From an uncultured Clostridia bacterium (GTDB lineage Bacteria; Bacillota; Clostridia; TANB77; CAG-508): a stretch of 64,000 bases of DNA. Shown one piece after another: positions 48,156 through 56,513 of the stretch. The position numbers and the translations under genes are program-made. Location of the stretch: contig CANQTX010000006.1 of NCBI GenBank assembly GCA_947626885.1, positions 7,025 through 71,024 on the forward strand, written 5' to 3'. Within the stretch, counting starts at the first letter, position 1, and each line of letters begins with the position of its first letter. The notes below the pieces were generated by a model. That model was not told where the DNA came from. It saw only the letters and a list, made by a program, of their open reading frames with translations, and did not search any database.

Positions 48156-48265
48156 TTCTATACTCCTTCCATTACATTTTATATGCTAGTACTTGAGTTA
48201 ATGTGAATATCTTTTTTTTAATATTTTTCTATGCAATACATTACTCATTAACTAATCTCAGTTGT

Positions 48266-48294
48266 ATTATAGCTAATTAAATTAGTTTTGTCAA
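48266..48294 (-). promoter_or_regulatory. consensus sigma-A promoter upstream of the mini-ORFs
   Basis: Minus strand TTGACA (48294-48289), exactly 17 nt, then TATAAT (48271-48266). Confidence 0.65.
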
Positions 48295-48387
48295 TAAAAA
48301 TCAAAATATCTACGTTGAATATTTTAAATACACTTTATTAAAAAATTAATATATTGCCAATTATAAAAGAACATTAAAAACAAAAAT

Positions 48388-48416
48388 TTGCAATTTTATG
48401 TAAAATGATGTATAAT
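48388..48416 (+). promoter_or_regulatory. sigma-A promoter of the 96-aa ORF
   Basis: TTGCAA (48388-48393), a 17-nt spacer, then TATAAT (48411-48416). It is followed by the 17-bp palindrome TGTATAAT-T-ATTATACA (48422-48438). Confidence 0.55.
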
Positions 48417-48516
48417 AACGATGTATAATTATTATACAAGTGTGGTTTCCTATCTTCTCATCTTAGGCAAAACTACACATAGTAAAAATATTTTTTTATA
48501 GATAGGAGGACGTAGT

Positions 48517-48807
48517 ATGTTTTATCCAGAAGATTTCAAAAACAGAGTAAAGGAAGTCTATCCTAATTGGGAGGAATTACACCGGGGACTGGACATTGGA
48601 GAGTCACTTGTAGGTGAACGCTTGTACAATAGTGCACTTCAAGCATCTAACTCAATTTCCATTAATACTGTTCTGGCAGCAACTTCTCTCGAGGAATTAA
48701 AGAAAGAGGCAGAAGCTGCAGATGTAAAAATGAATCTTTATAGAGAATGGCGTAAGTTGTTTGAAAGCAACGAGAAAACAATGAGAAAACCCCGCTCTAA
48801 CGGATAA
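48517..48807 (+). CDS. hypothetical protein (96 aa), GC-richer than its surroundings
   Basis: AGGAGG RBS and a hydrophilic sequence with no signal peptide. No family recognised. Confidence 0.5.
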   Translation: MFYPEDFKNRVKEVYPNWEELHRGLDIGESLVGERLYNSALQASNSISINTVLAATSLEELKKEAEAADVKMNLYREWRKLFESNEKTMRKPRSNG

Positions 48808-48808
48808 A

Positions 48809-48842
48809 ACAATGGCACACATGTGAACATGTGTGCCATTGT
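48809..48842 (+). terminator. rho-independent terminator
   Basis: 15-bp perfect arms ACAATGGCACACATG / CATGTGTGCCATTGT with loop TGAA. It begins 2 nt after the stop codon. Confidence 0.7.
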
Positions 48843-48884
48843 CTATTTTAATGTTTATGGTAAAATTGTAAAGAGGTGTTATTT

Positions 48885-50477
48885 ATGATGTATCCATTTA
48901 AAGTCTTAAACAAGAAAAAATATGCATTATGTTTTATAAATGCATTTTTAGAAAATATATGTTTATATATTATGCCTGTTATATTATCAATGTTTTTAAC
49001 TGTACCTTTTAGTTTAGAAAAGTTTAAATGGTTAATTATCTTTACAATAGTAATAAAAACATTAGAGATATTTTTTGATGTTTTATGGAATATTAAAGTA
49101 GATCCATTTCTCGAAGTAAGTAAAAAAGATTTACAGATATCTTACTTTAAAAGAATTTGTAATATGAATATTTCTAGAATAAATAATACACACACTGGTT
49201 ATCTAAAAAAACAATTAGATATAATCAGTGAAGAAACCGTCTCACTTTTAGATGAAATAATGATGACAATAAATGGTTTTTGTGTTGCAATTACTATTTT
49301 CTTAATTCAAATATGGACACAAAGTTATATTATGTTTATTGTTTGTTTAATTTTTACAATCATCATTGTTATTTATAATGTCATAATCACAAAATCAAAT
49401 GTTAAAATACAAGAAGAATATAATGATAAAAATGCAAAATATAATGCAACTTCTGTTGATTTCCTTCAAAATGTAAAAATTGTCAAAAATTTTGACGCAT
49501 TAAATTATGCAACAAATACAATGAATAATAAGTTTGAATTGGTAAAGAAACCTTTAAAAAGATCTCACATATTTCATTCAATGAGATCTGACGGTATTAA
49601 TGCATTAGTTTATATAATGTATGCAATCATATTAGTAAGTTTATTTTTTAGAATGAAAAGTGGTGAAGATGTATTCAGATATTTAGTTTTTTATTCATCT
49701 ATGTTTAGTGGTTTGAATGTTGAATTGAGAGGAGTTGCATCTTTATTTATACATTATAATAAATTCAAATCAGCAAACAATCAAATCGAAAAAATGATCA
49801 TAGAGGGAGAACCACAAAATAAAATTAGAAACTGGAAAAATATAACTATGAAAGATATTGAGTTCAAATATAATAATGAAAGTAATACTGTTATTAAAAT
49901 TCCTAACTTCGTTTTAAATAAGAAAGATAAAATCAGTATTATTGGTGAATCTGGTCAAGGAAAGTCTACCTTTCTATCATTATTTTGTAGATTTTATAAT
50001 GTTGATGATAGTAATTATTTAACTGATAATACTCCTACTTCAAAAGTCCCTGATGTTGCATATATTTCACAAGAATCTGACTTATTTGATTTAACTATTA
50101 AAGAAAATCTATGTCTAGGAAAAAAGCTTTCAAATGAAACCTTAAGTGAATATTTAAAAGATGCTGGATTATATGAATGGATTAATAATTTAGAAAAGGG
50201 ATTAGATACTCTTGTTGGTGAAAAAGGAATTAAATTATCAGCTGGTCAAAAGCAAAGATTAAATATAATCAGAGGAATCTTGTTAGACAAAGAAATTTAT
50301 ATTTTAGATGAACCTACTTCTAATTTAGATAATTTATCAGAAACTAAAATCTATGATATGATAAATAAATATTTAAGAGATAAAACTTGCCTTATTGTTA
50401 CACATAGACCCAAATTAACAGAAATATGTAATAAGCATTATTATTTTGATAAACGAGTAATGCTAGAAAGGAAATAA
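48885..50477 (+). CDS. orphan ABC exporter half-transporter (fused permease/ATPase), very AT-rich
   Basis: Six TM helices, Walker A GESGQGKST, signature LSAGQKQR, Walker B IYILDEPTS, H-loop VTHR. ATG at 48885 behind AGAGG. Confidence 0.8.
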   Translation: MMYPFKVLNKKKYALCFINAFLENICLYIMPVILSMFLTVPFSLEKFKWLIIFTIVIKTLEIFFDVLWNIKVDPFLEVSKKDLQISYFKRICNMNISRINNTHTGYLKKQLDIISEETVSLLDEIMMTINGFCVAITIFLIQIWTQSYIMFIVCLIFTIIIVIYNVIITKSNVKIQEEYNDKNAKYNATSVDFLQNVKIVKNFDALNYATNTMNNKFELVKKPLKRSHIFHSMRSDGINALVYIMYAIILVSLFFRMKSGEDVFRYLVFYSSMFSGLNVELRGVASLFIHYNKFKSANNQIEKMIIEGEPQNKIRNWKNITMKDIEFKYNNESNTVIKIPNFVLNKKDKISIIGESGQGKSTFLSLFCRFYNVDDSNYLTDNTPTSKVPDVAYISQESDLFDLTIKENLCLGKKLSNETLSEYLKDAGLYEWINNLEKGLDTLVGEKGIKLSAGQKQRLNIIRGILLDKEIYILDEPTSNLDNLSETKIYDMINKYLRDKTCLIVTHRPKLTEICNKHYYFDKRVMLERK

Positions 50478-50675
50478 CCTTTTCGTTAAAATTAGTGTTA
50501 TTTTATAGGGTTTCCAAAGGTATCCTTATAGGAAAAGCCGACGCTTCCTTCGTGAATCTGTCTTGAATATACAAATTCTTGGACTGCTCTGGGGTCAAAT
50601 TTCCTTCCGTTCCATTTGAGTAAACAACTTTCATAGAGATACTTCCTTAGAATTTCTTGGAGGTTTTACCCTCCA

Positions 50676-50704
50676 TGTTCTATTATTTCGAACAGATACG
50701 TCGT
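50676..50704 (-). repeat. conserved 3' trailer, copy downstream of tmRNA
   Basis: Plus strand TGTTCTATTATTTCGAACAGATACGTCGT, adjoining the TGGTG of the tmRNA 3' end. See the copy at 41940-41968. Confidence 0.85.
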
Positions 50705-51057
50705 TGGTGGAGGTGGTGGGAGTTGAACCCACGTCCAATAACCCTTCCCAATAAATTTCTCCGAGTGCAGTTTGTTAATAAATTTCCTTCCAATCTCCTT
50801 AACAAACAAAGTTTATTGAAAGTAGCCTTCATAGAATCCCATTAGTATAGAAAGCATATACTAACTTCGTTTCCTACTAATCATCGCCTTATCTTAAGCC
50901 GTAGGTTGCAAAAGTAAGACGTCACTGCAATTAGGCAGCGAAAGCTAATTCTTCGTTATTAGCGTTTATTTTTAGTTTATGCCTTTTAAAGTGGCCAGGC
51001 ATCTCCACTACTCGCTATTTATCTTTCTAGATTACTGTCGAAGCCAAATACACCCCC
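50705..51057 (-). ncRNA. ssrA: tmRNA (SsrA)
   Basis: Reverse complement starts GGGGGTGTATTTGGCTTCGACAG and ends GGACGTGGGTTCAACTCCCACCACCTCCACCA. The tag ORF GCT AAT AAC GAA GAA TTA GCT TTC GCT GCC TAA (50963-50931) encodes ANNEELAFAA. Confidence 0.9.
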
Positions 51058-51230
51058 ATATCTAACACTTTTTATTATACTATGTTTTCTTTATTTCTTC
51101 AATACCATTTGGGATAAATCTTACTTCTAAAATTAGGAAATTGCTTCTTTGTTTTCATATTGTTCGCCTCAGTTATTTTCTCACATCATTCATAAAAATA
51201 AAAGTTTCTCTTTCAATTCATTATTTTTTA

Positions 51231-51259
51231 TTGATTTTTTACTAACGATTGCATATAAT
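51231..51259 (+). promoter_or_regulatory. possible sigma-A promoter of dapA
   Basis: TTGATT (51231-51236), a 17-nt spacer, then TATAAT (51254-51259). Confidence 0.45.
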
Positions 51260-51322
51260 AATAACATAAAAGATATCATGATATTGTTTTAAGTTTCTCT
51301 TTTAAAGAAAGGTTTTAAAATA

Positions 51323-52210
51323 ATGAAAAGAATAATTTTTAAAGGTTGTGGAACAGCCATTGTTACTCCTTTTTCAGAAACTGGCATTAATTTTGAAGAA
51401 TTTAAAAAATTAATAGAATTTCAAATTCAGCATCAAGCTGATAGTATTATCGTTTGTGGCACAACAGGAGAATCTTCCACTATGACATTAGAAGAGAAAA
51501 AACAAACTATTAAATTTGCTATTGACACAGTTAATAAAAGAATTCCTGTTATTGCTGGTACTGGCGGAAATTGCACAGCATCTGTTATTGAAATGACTAA
51601 ATATGCAGAAAGCGTTGGTGTTGATGCAGCTTTAATTGTTACTCCTTATTATAATAAAACAACACAAGAAGGATTAATTAAACATTATGAAGCTATTGCT
51701 AAAGAAACAAAGCTTCCTATTATTTTGTATAGCGTTCCCAGTAGAACTGGTGTTAATATCACACCAGAAACTTGTAAAAAATTATCTGAAATAGAAAATA
51801 TCGTTGCAATTAAGGAAGCCAGTGGTAATCTTTCTCAAGTTGCAGAAATTGCAAATTTATGTAAAGATAATTTACATATTTATTCTGGAAATGATGATCA
51901 AATTACACCAATTTTATCTGTTGGAGGAATCGGTGTTATTTCAGTACTTTCTAATATTGCTCCTACATATACACATGCAATTGTAACTGATTTTCTTAAT
52001 GGTAATATTACCAAAGCGATTCATTCTCAAATTAAAGCAATCCCTTTAATAAAATCATTATTTAGTGAAGTGAATCCTATTCCTGTAAAAGCTGCTCTAA
52101 ATATGCTTGGTTATCAATGTGGAACACCACGTTTACCACTAATAGAAATGAGTGAAATTGGAAAAGAAAAACTAAAAAGTGAACTTTTAACATTTGGATT
52201 ATTACAATAA
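51323..52210 (+). CDS. dapA: 4-hydroxy-tetrahydrodipicolinate synthase
   Basis: 295 aa with GTTGES, YNKT, and the Schiff-base lysine context VAIKEASG. Confidence 0.9.
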   Translation: MKRIIFKGCGTAIVTPFSETGINFEEFKKLIEFQIQHQADSIIVCGTTGESSTMTLEEKKQTIKFAIDTVNKRIPVIAGTGGNCTASVIEMTKYAESVGVDAALIVTPYYNKTTQEGLIKHYEAIAKETKLPIILYSVPSRTGVNITPETCKKLSEIENIVAIKEASGNLSQVAEIANLCKDNLHIYSGNDDQITPILSVGGIGVISVLSNIAPTYTHAIVTDFLNGNITKAIHSQIKAIPLIKSLFSEVNPIPVKAALNMLGYQCGTPRLPLIEMSEIGKEKLKSELLTFGLLQ

Positions 52211-52284
52211 TATGATATAATAAATTATATCTTATCCATTTGATACAGATATTTAAAGTATTATAATACAAAGGAGTTTTTATA

Positions 52285-52815
52285 TTGAGTATTACAAATG
52301 AAAATTCTGAAACTGCTTTAATTGTTTCAGAACCTACCGTTACAGAATTTAAAAGTATTATTAAAGATATTGCCAATAATGCTAATGTATTAGCCTTAAA
52401 AGAACATGTGCAACATGTTAATAACTCTCGTTACTCCCATTGTTTAAGCGTTGCATTTCACACATATGTAATATGCAAGAAATTAAAATTAGATTATATC
52501 TCTGCCACACGAGGTGCTATGCTACATGATTTCTACTTCTATGATTGGCGCAATAAGCATGTAGAAGGGCAAAAAAAGCTACATGCTTTTAGACATCCAC
52601 GTATTGCCTTAACAAATGCTTGTGATATTTTCGATTTAAATGAAATAGAAAAAGATGTTATTTTAAAACATATGTGGCCTTTAACAATTCGATTACCCAA
52701 ACATAAAGAAAGTTATATTGTCACATTTGTAGATAAATATTGTGCTACGTATGAAATGTTTCGCTTTTTAAAGAAAAATAAACATAAAAATTTTCATAGA
52801 CATTACGGTTTATAG
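52285..52815 (+). CDS. HD-domain phosphohydrolase-like protein
   Basis: RYSHCLSVA...GAMLHDFYFYDW (H...HD). TTG start with AAGGAG 8 nt upstream. Confidence 0.6.
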   Translation: MSITNENSETALIVSEPTVTEFKSIIKDIANNANVLALKEHVQHVNNSRYSHCLSVAFHTYVICKKLKLDYISATRGAMLHDFYFYDWRNKHVEGQKKLHAFRHPRIALTNACDIFDLNEIEKDVILKHMWPLTIRLPKHKESYIVTFVDKYCATYEMFRFLKKNKHKNFHRHYGL

Positions 52816-52861
52816 GTACTTCCCCACAAAAACCTAAATATATTTCATAAAGGTAAAAAAA

Positions 52862-53608
52862 ATGATAAAAGTTTTAATTAATGGTTGCAATGGAAAAATG
52901 GGACAAGAAGTTGCAAAAGAAATCAAAGTAACACAAGATATTGAAGTCTTATGCGGACTGGATATCAAAGATACTGGTGATAATGACTTCCCTGTTTTTA
53001 CCAATATAGAAGAAATAAATTTAATACCAGATGTTATTATAGACTTTTCTATTCCAGAATCTACTTTTCGCGTCTTAGAATTTGCAAAAAAGTATCATAT
53101 TCCCATTGTTATTGCTACAACAGGATTTTCTGATAAAGAATTAGAAAAAATACAAAAATATGCAGAAAATTTGCCCATTTTTAAATCTTCTAACATGTCT
53201 TACGAAGTCAATCTAATGGCTAAAATTGTTGCCGAAGTTGCTCAAAAATTAACAAATGCGGATATTGAAATTATTGAAACACATCATAATAGAAAAATTG
53301 ACGCTCCTAGTGGAACCGCCATTATTCTTGCAAATAGTATAAATCATGCCTTAAATAATGAAATGGTATATACTTATGATAGACACAGTAGACGTGAAAA
53401 AAGAAATAAAAAAGAAATTGGTATTCATTCTATTCGAGGTGGAAATGAAGTTGGTAAACATAGCGTTATCTTCTTCGGAGACCATGAAAGTTTTGAAATT
53501 ACACATAATGTTAATTCAAGAGCTGTATTTGCTTCTGGAGCTATTAAAGCAGCACAATTTATTCTTCATAAAGATAATGGATTATACAATATGAATCATA
53601 TGTGCTAG
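52862..53608 (+). CDS. dapB: 4-hydroxy-tetrahydrodipicolinate reductase
   Basis: 248 aa with an N-terminal Rossmann GCNGKMG and the motif ETHHNRKIDAPSGTA. Confidence 0.9.
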   Translation: MIKVLINGCNGKMGQEVAKEIKVTQDIEVLCGLDIKDTGDNDFPVFTNIEEINLIPDVIIDFSIPESTFRVLEFAKKYHIPIVIATTGFSDKELEKIQKYAENLPIFKSSNMSYEVNLMAKIVAEVAQKLTNADIEIIETHHNRKIDAPSGTAIILANSINHALNNEMVYTYDRHSRREKRNKKEIGIHSIRGGNEVGKHSVIFFGDHESFEITHNVNSRAVFASGAIKAAQFILHKDNGLYNMNHMC

Positions 53609-53632
53609 GTTTATACTCTCATATTTATGCAA

Positions 53633-53695
53633 ACTGCCCTAAAATAAAGAAAACATGTTTCGTATATTTTCCTTATTATAGGGCAGTTTTAGTTT
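53633..53695 (+). terminator. probable terminator of dapB
   Basis: AACTGCCCTA ... TAGGGCAGTT: a 10-bp outer stem with a long, partly paired interior, followed by TTTAGTTTT. Confidence 0.45.
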
Positions 53696-53813
53696 TATCA
53701 TTTATTCAACATGAAATAAATATATCTAATAGGCACCACTCCTTTAAAAATGTATTATTCTAATCAAAACATTCAATAATGAAATAAGATAAGTAATGTT
53801 TGATTGCATTACA

Positions 53814-53871
53814 GAAAAAAAATAGAGGCAACTACTATATTTGTTTTATTTCTTACAAATATAGTTTTGCC
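53814..53871 (-). terminator. probable terminator of spoIVA
   Basis: The minus-strand hairpin has a perfect 10-bp core CTATATTTGT/ACAAATATAG plus an outer GGCAA/TTGCC stem, followed by UAUUUUUUUU. Confidence 0.55.
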
Positions 53872-54005
53872 CCTTGATAATATCTTAAATAAAAAGAATT
53901 TTTTTTGAATTAATTTATTGAACCTTTGATTTTAGAATAGATTTATTATAATATCATATTTCTAAAAAATCAAGTATTTTTTCACTTCTTTATCTATATT
54001 TTTTA

Positions 54006-55484
54006 TTATAAAATAATACAAATTAGTCCTCCACTTCCCTCATTGACAATTCTTTGTAACGTTTCTTGTAATTTGCACTGTGCATCTTCTGGCATACGTG
54101 CTAATTTGTTTTGTAAACCTTCGTTAACTAATTCATGTAAACTTTTACCAAAGATATTAGAATTCCACAATTGCTTTGGATCGTTCTCAAATTCAGATAA
54201 AAGATATTTTACTAATTCTTCCGATTGCTTTTCACTACCTACTAAAGGAGAAATTTCCGTTTCTGTATCAATTTTAATCATATGAATTGACGGTGCTTTT
54301 GCTTTTAATTTTACACCGTATTTTTGCCCTTGTTTTACAATTTCTGGTTCTTCTAAAATTAAATCATCAATTCCTGGAGAAACAATACCATATCCTTTTT
54401 CTTGTACTTCATGTAATGCATATTCCATCTTGTCATACTCTTTTTTGATTTTAGCAAAAGAAGAAATACATGAAAATAGTTCTCCTTCATTTTTTATTTC
54501 TACCCCTGTTATTTGTGTTAGCATATGATAAAATAGGCTTTCTTTCAACTCAACATTAACTGTAACTACACCTGTTCCTAAATTAACTTCTTCTACCACA
54601 GCTCTTTTTATTTCTTCCCCCTCTTGCAATTTTAAGTAATTCTCATTAACATCTTTTAATCTTCGTGTTTCAGAAAAACAATCTTTTACTTGATTAAATA
54701 AACTTAATTTTAATTCGTTATTACTATCTAATCCATCAATCCATCTTGGAAACTTTATATCAATTTTATCTATCATAAATTCATATAACAATTTGGAAAA
54801 AATCAAATTAATATCATCCAAATTCAAATCCAAACAACTTACAGGAAGTACCGGTGTACCATACTTTTCAGACATATTTTTTGCCATATCCATACTATAA
54901 CCATCATTAGGATTTTGACAATTCATTAAAATAATAAAAGGTTTATTTAATTCTTTCAACTCTTGAATTACTCTTTCTTCTGCAGCTACATATTCATCCC
55001 TTGGAATGTCTGTAATTGTCCCATCAGTTGTAACTACAATTCCAACAGTAGAATGCTCTACTATCACTTTTCTTGTTCCTAATTCTGCTGCTGTTTCGAA
55101 TGGCATTTCATTTTCAGACCATGGCGTTTTAACCATTCTTGGCGTATCATCTTCTAAGTATCCCAAAGCATTGTTCACCAAATATCCTACACAATCCACT
55201 AATCTTGTTTTCATTTTAATATTACCATCTAAATTAATTTCAACAGCTTCATTTGGAATAAATTTCGGTTCAGTTGTCATAATTGTTCTTCCACCTGCAC
55301 TTTGTGGAAGCTCATCTATTGCACGTTCTTTTTTATATACATTCTCAATATTAGGTAAAACCAACAGTTCCATGAATCGTTTAATAAATGTTGACTTACC
55401 AGTTCTTACAGGTCCTACTACACCAATATAAATATCTCCTTCTGTTCTTGATGCAATATCTTGATATATCTCAAAATTTTCCAT
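54006..55484 (-). CDS. spoIVA: stage IV sporulation protein A (spore-coat morphogenetic ATPase)
   Basis: MENFEIYQDIASRTEGDIYIGVVGPVRTGKSTFIKRFME (Walker A); 492 aa. Start at 55484 behind GGGGG; the track ORF is 10 codons longer. Confidence 0.9.
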   Translation of the reverse strand: MENFEIYQDIASRTEGDIYIGVVGPVRTGKSTFIKRFMELLVLPNIENVYKKERAIDELPQSAGGRTIMTTEPKFIPNEAVEINLDGNIKMKTRLVDCVGYLVNNALGYLEDDTPRMVKTPWSENEMPFETAAELGTRKVIVEHSTVGIVVTTDGTITDIPRDEYVAAEERVIQELKELNKPFIILMNCQNPNDGYSMDMAKNMSEKYGTPVLPVSCLDLNLDDINLIFSKLLYEFMIDKIDIKFPRWIDGLDSNNELKLSLFNQVKDCFSETRRLKDVNENYLKLQEGEEIKRAVVEEVNLGTGVVTVNVELKESLFYHMLTQITGVEIKNEGELFSCISSFAKIKKEYDKMEYALHEVQEKGYGIVSPGIDDLILEEPEIVKQGQKYGVKLKAKAPSIHMIKIDTETEISPLVGSEKQSEELVKYLLSEFENDPKQLWNSNIFGKSLHELVNEGLQNKLARMPEDAQCKLQETLQRIVNEGSGGLICIIL

Positions 55485-55576
55485 ATAAAAAATACCCCCT
55501 ATAAATTTGTACATCTTTTTACTTAATTTATATTAAGGGTATTTTAATTTATGACTATTTTTTTAATAGATTTGTT

Positions 55577-56323
55577 TTATTCCTGCCCTTCTGATACAGG
55601 AATAGCACTATTGGATTCTCCCCATAAAAACTCATTTTGATTGCTATCTTCAACAAAAATTCCTTCATCAATATTTTCAGGAGTAAGAATATTTAAATAT
55701 TGTATTGGTTCTGTTACAGCACTTTCAACCTGTTTTGTATCCATAATACGATATCCCTTTGGTATTGTTATAGATGTATGATTATCCACATTTAAAGTGT
55801 AATCACTCTCTAAAATATAACCATTTTCATCCAATTTGGGAATAGGCAATACATTAAAATTTGTTTGATCTATGGTATAAATATCTGGGTATGTTACTAA
55901 CTCTTCCCCTTCAATCACCATTGTACCATCATTCGTTTGTACTTCATATTCCTCTAACGGAACAATAATATCACTTTTTAATACATAGGAGCTTTCTTCG
56001 TTTAATGTATACACTTTTCCATTGATTTGAGCAGCATTACCTGTTCCAATTAATTCATATTGTTCTAGAGTATAAATAGGTATTATTTCATCACCACTAG
56101 CATATCTAATAGTTTTTAAACTTTCCATATCTTTTTGATATATACTTTGTAACTCTGTCAAAGTCATCGTTTGTATTTGCGCCCTATTCGATACGAAAGA
56201 AAACACACTTAATACAAACAGTAAAAAAAACATCATAGAAAGTAATACAAAAAGTGAAATAGCCCCTGTTTGATTCATTATTTTTTTATTTTTCATTTTT
56301 CCTTTTATAATGTATTTTTTCAT
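55577..56323 (-). CDS. hypothetical exported/anchored protein with a pseudopilin-like hydrophobic N-terminus
   Basis: 248 aa with a basic N-terminus, then GAISLFVLLSMMFFLLFVLSVFSFV, and an acidic beta-rich remainder. No family recognised. Confidence 0.45.
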   Translation of the reverse strand: MKKYIIKGKMKNKKIMNQTGAISLFVLLSMMFFLLFVLSVFSFVSNRAQIQTMTLTELQSIYQKDMESLKTIRYASGDEIIPIYTLEQYELIGTGNAAQINGKVYTLNEESSYVLKSDIIVPLEEYEVQTNDGTMVIEGEELVTYPDIYTIDQTNFNVLPIPKLDENGYILESDYTLNVDNHTSITIPKGYRIMDTKQVESAVTEPIQYLNILTPENIDEGIFVEDSNQNEFLWGESNSAIPVSEGQE

Positions 56324-56513
56324 TTTCTCTCTTCTGGGAAAATGCTACATTATAACTCCTTATATTATATTTAGATTTTTATAGGCCAAAATCTATAAAA
56401 CCAATACACTTCATCGTTATATTTTCCCACTTTCTTTTATATTACCTAAAATTCATTAATTTATCAATAGATTTTTCATTACATTTTTATTACAAGAAGC
56501 CAATTCATTTAGT

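Noticed and set aside
41932-50709. Treating the interval between the two trailer repeats as a bona fide integrated genomic island
   Set aside because: No integrase or excisionase lies in the interval. The enclosed genes (deacetylase, P-type ATPase, hydrolase) look like ordinary chromosomal genes of native composition. The repeat covers trailer rather than the RNA-gene 3' end itself. I kept this only as an alternative explanation in the trailer finding.
50657-50845. 62-aa plus-strand ORF
   Set aside because: It overlaps the tmRNA gene and its trailer on the opposite strand. The WWRWWELNP stretch is just the complement of the tmRNA acceptor/T-arm.
51058-51322. Lysine (L-box) riboswitch upstream of dapA
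   Set aside because: I looked for the conserved L-box cores and an expression-platform terminator and found none by eye. There is only a promoter-like element and a 19-codon minus-strand ORF (about 51118-51177) that I do not consider supportable.
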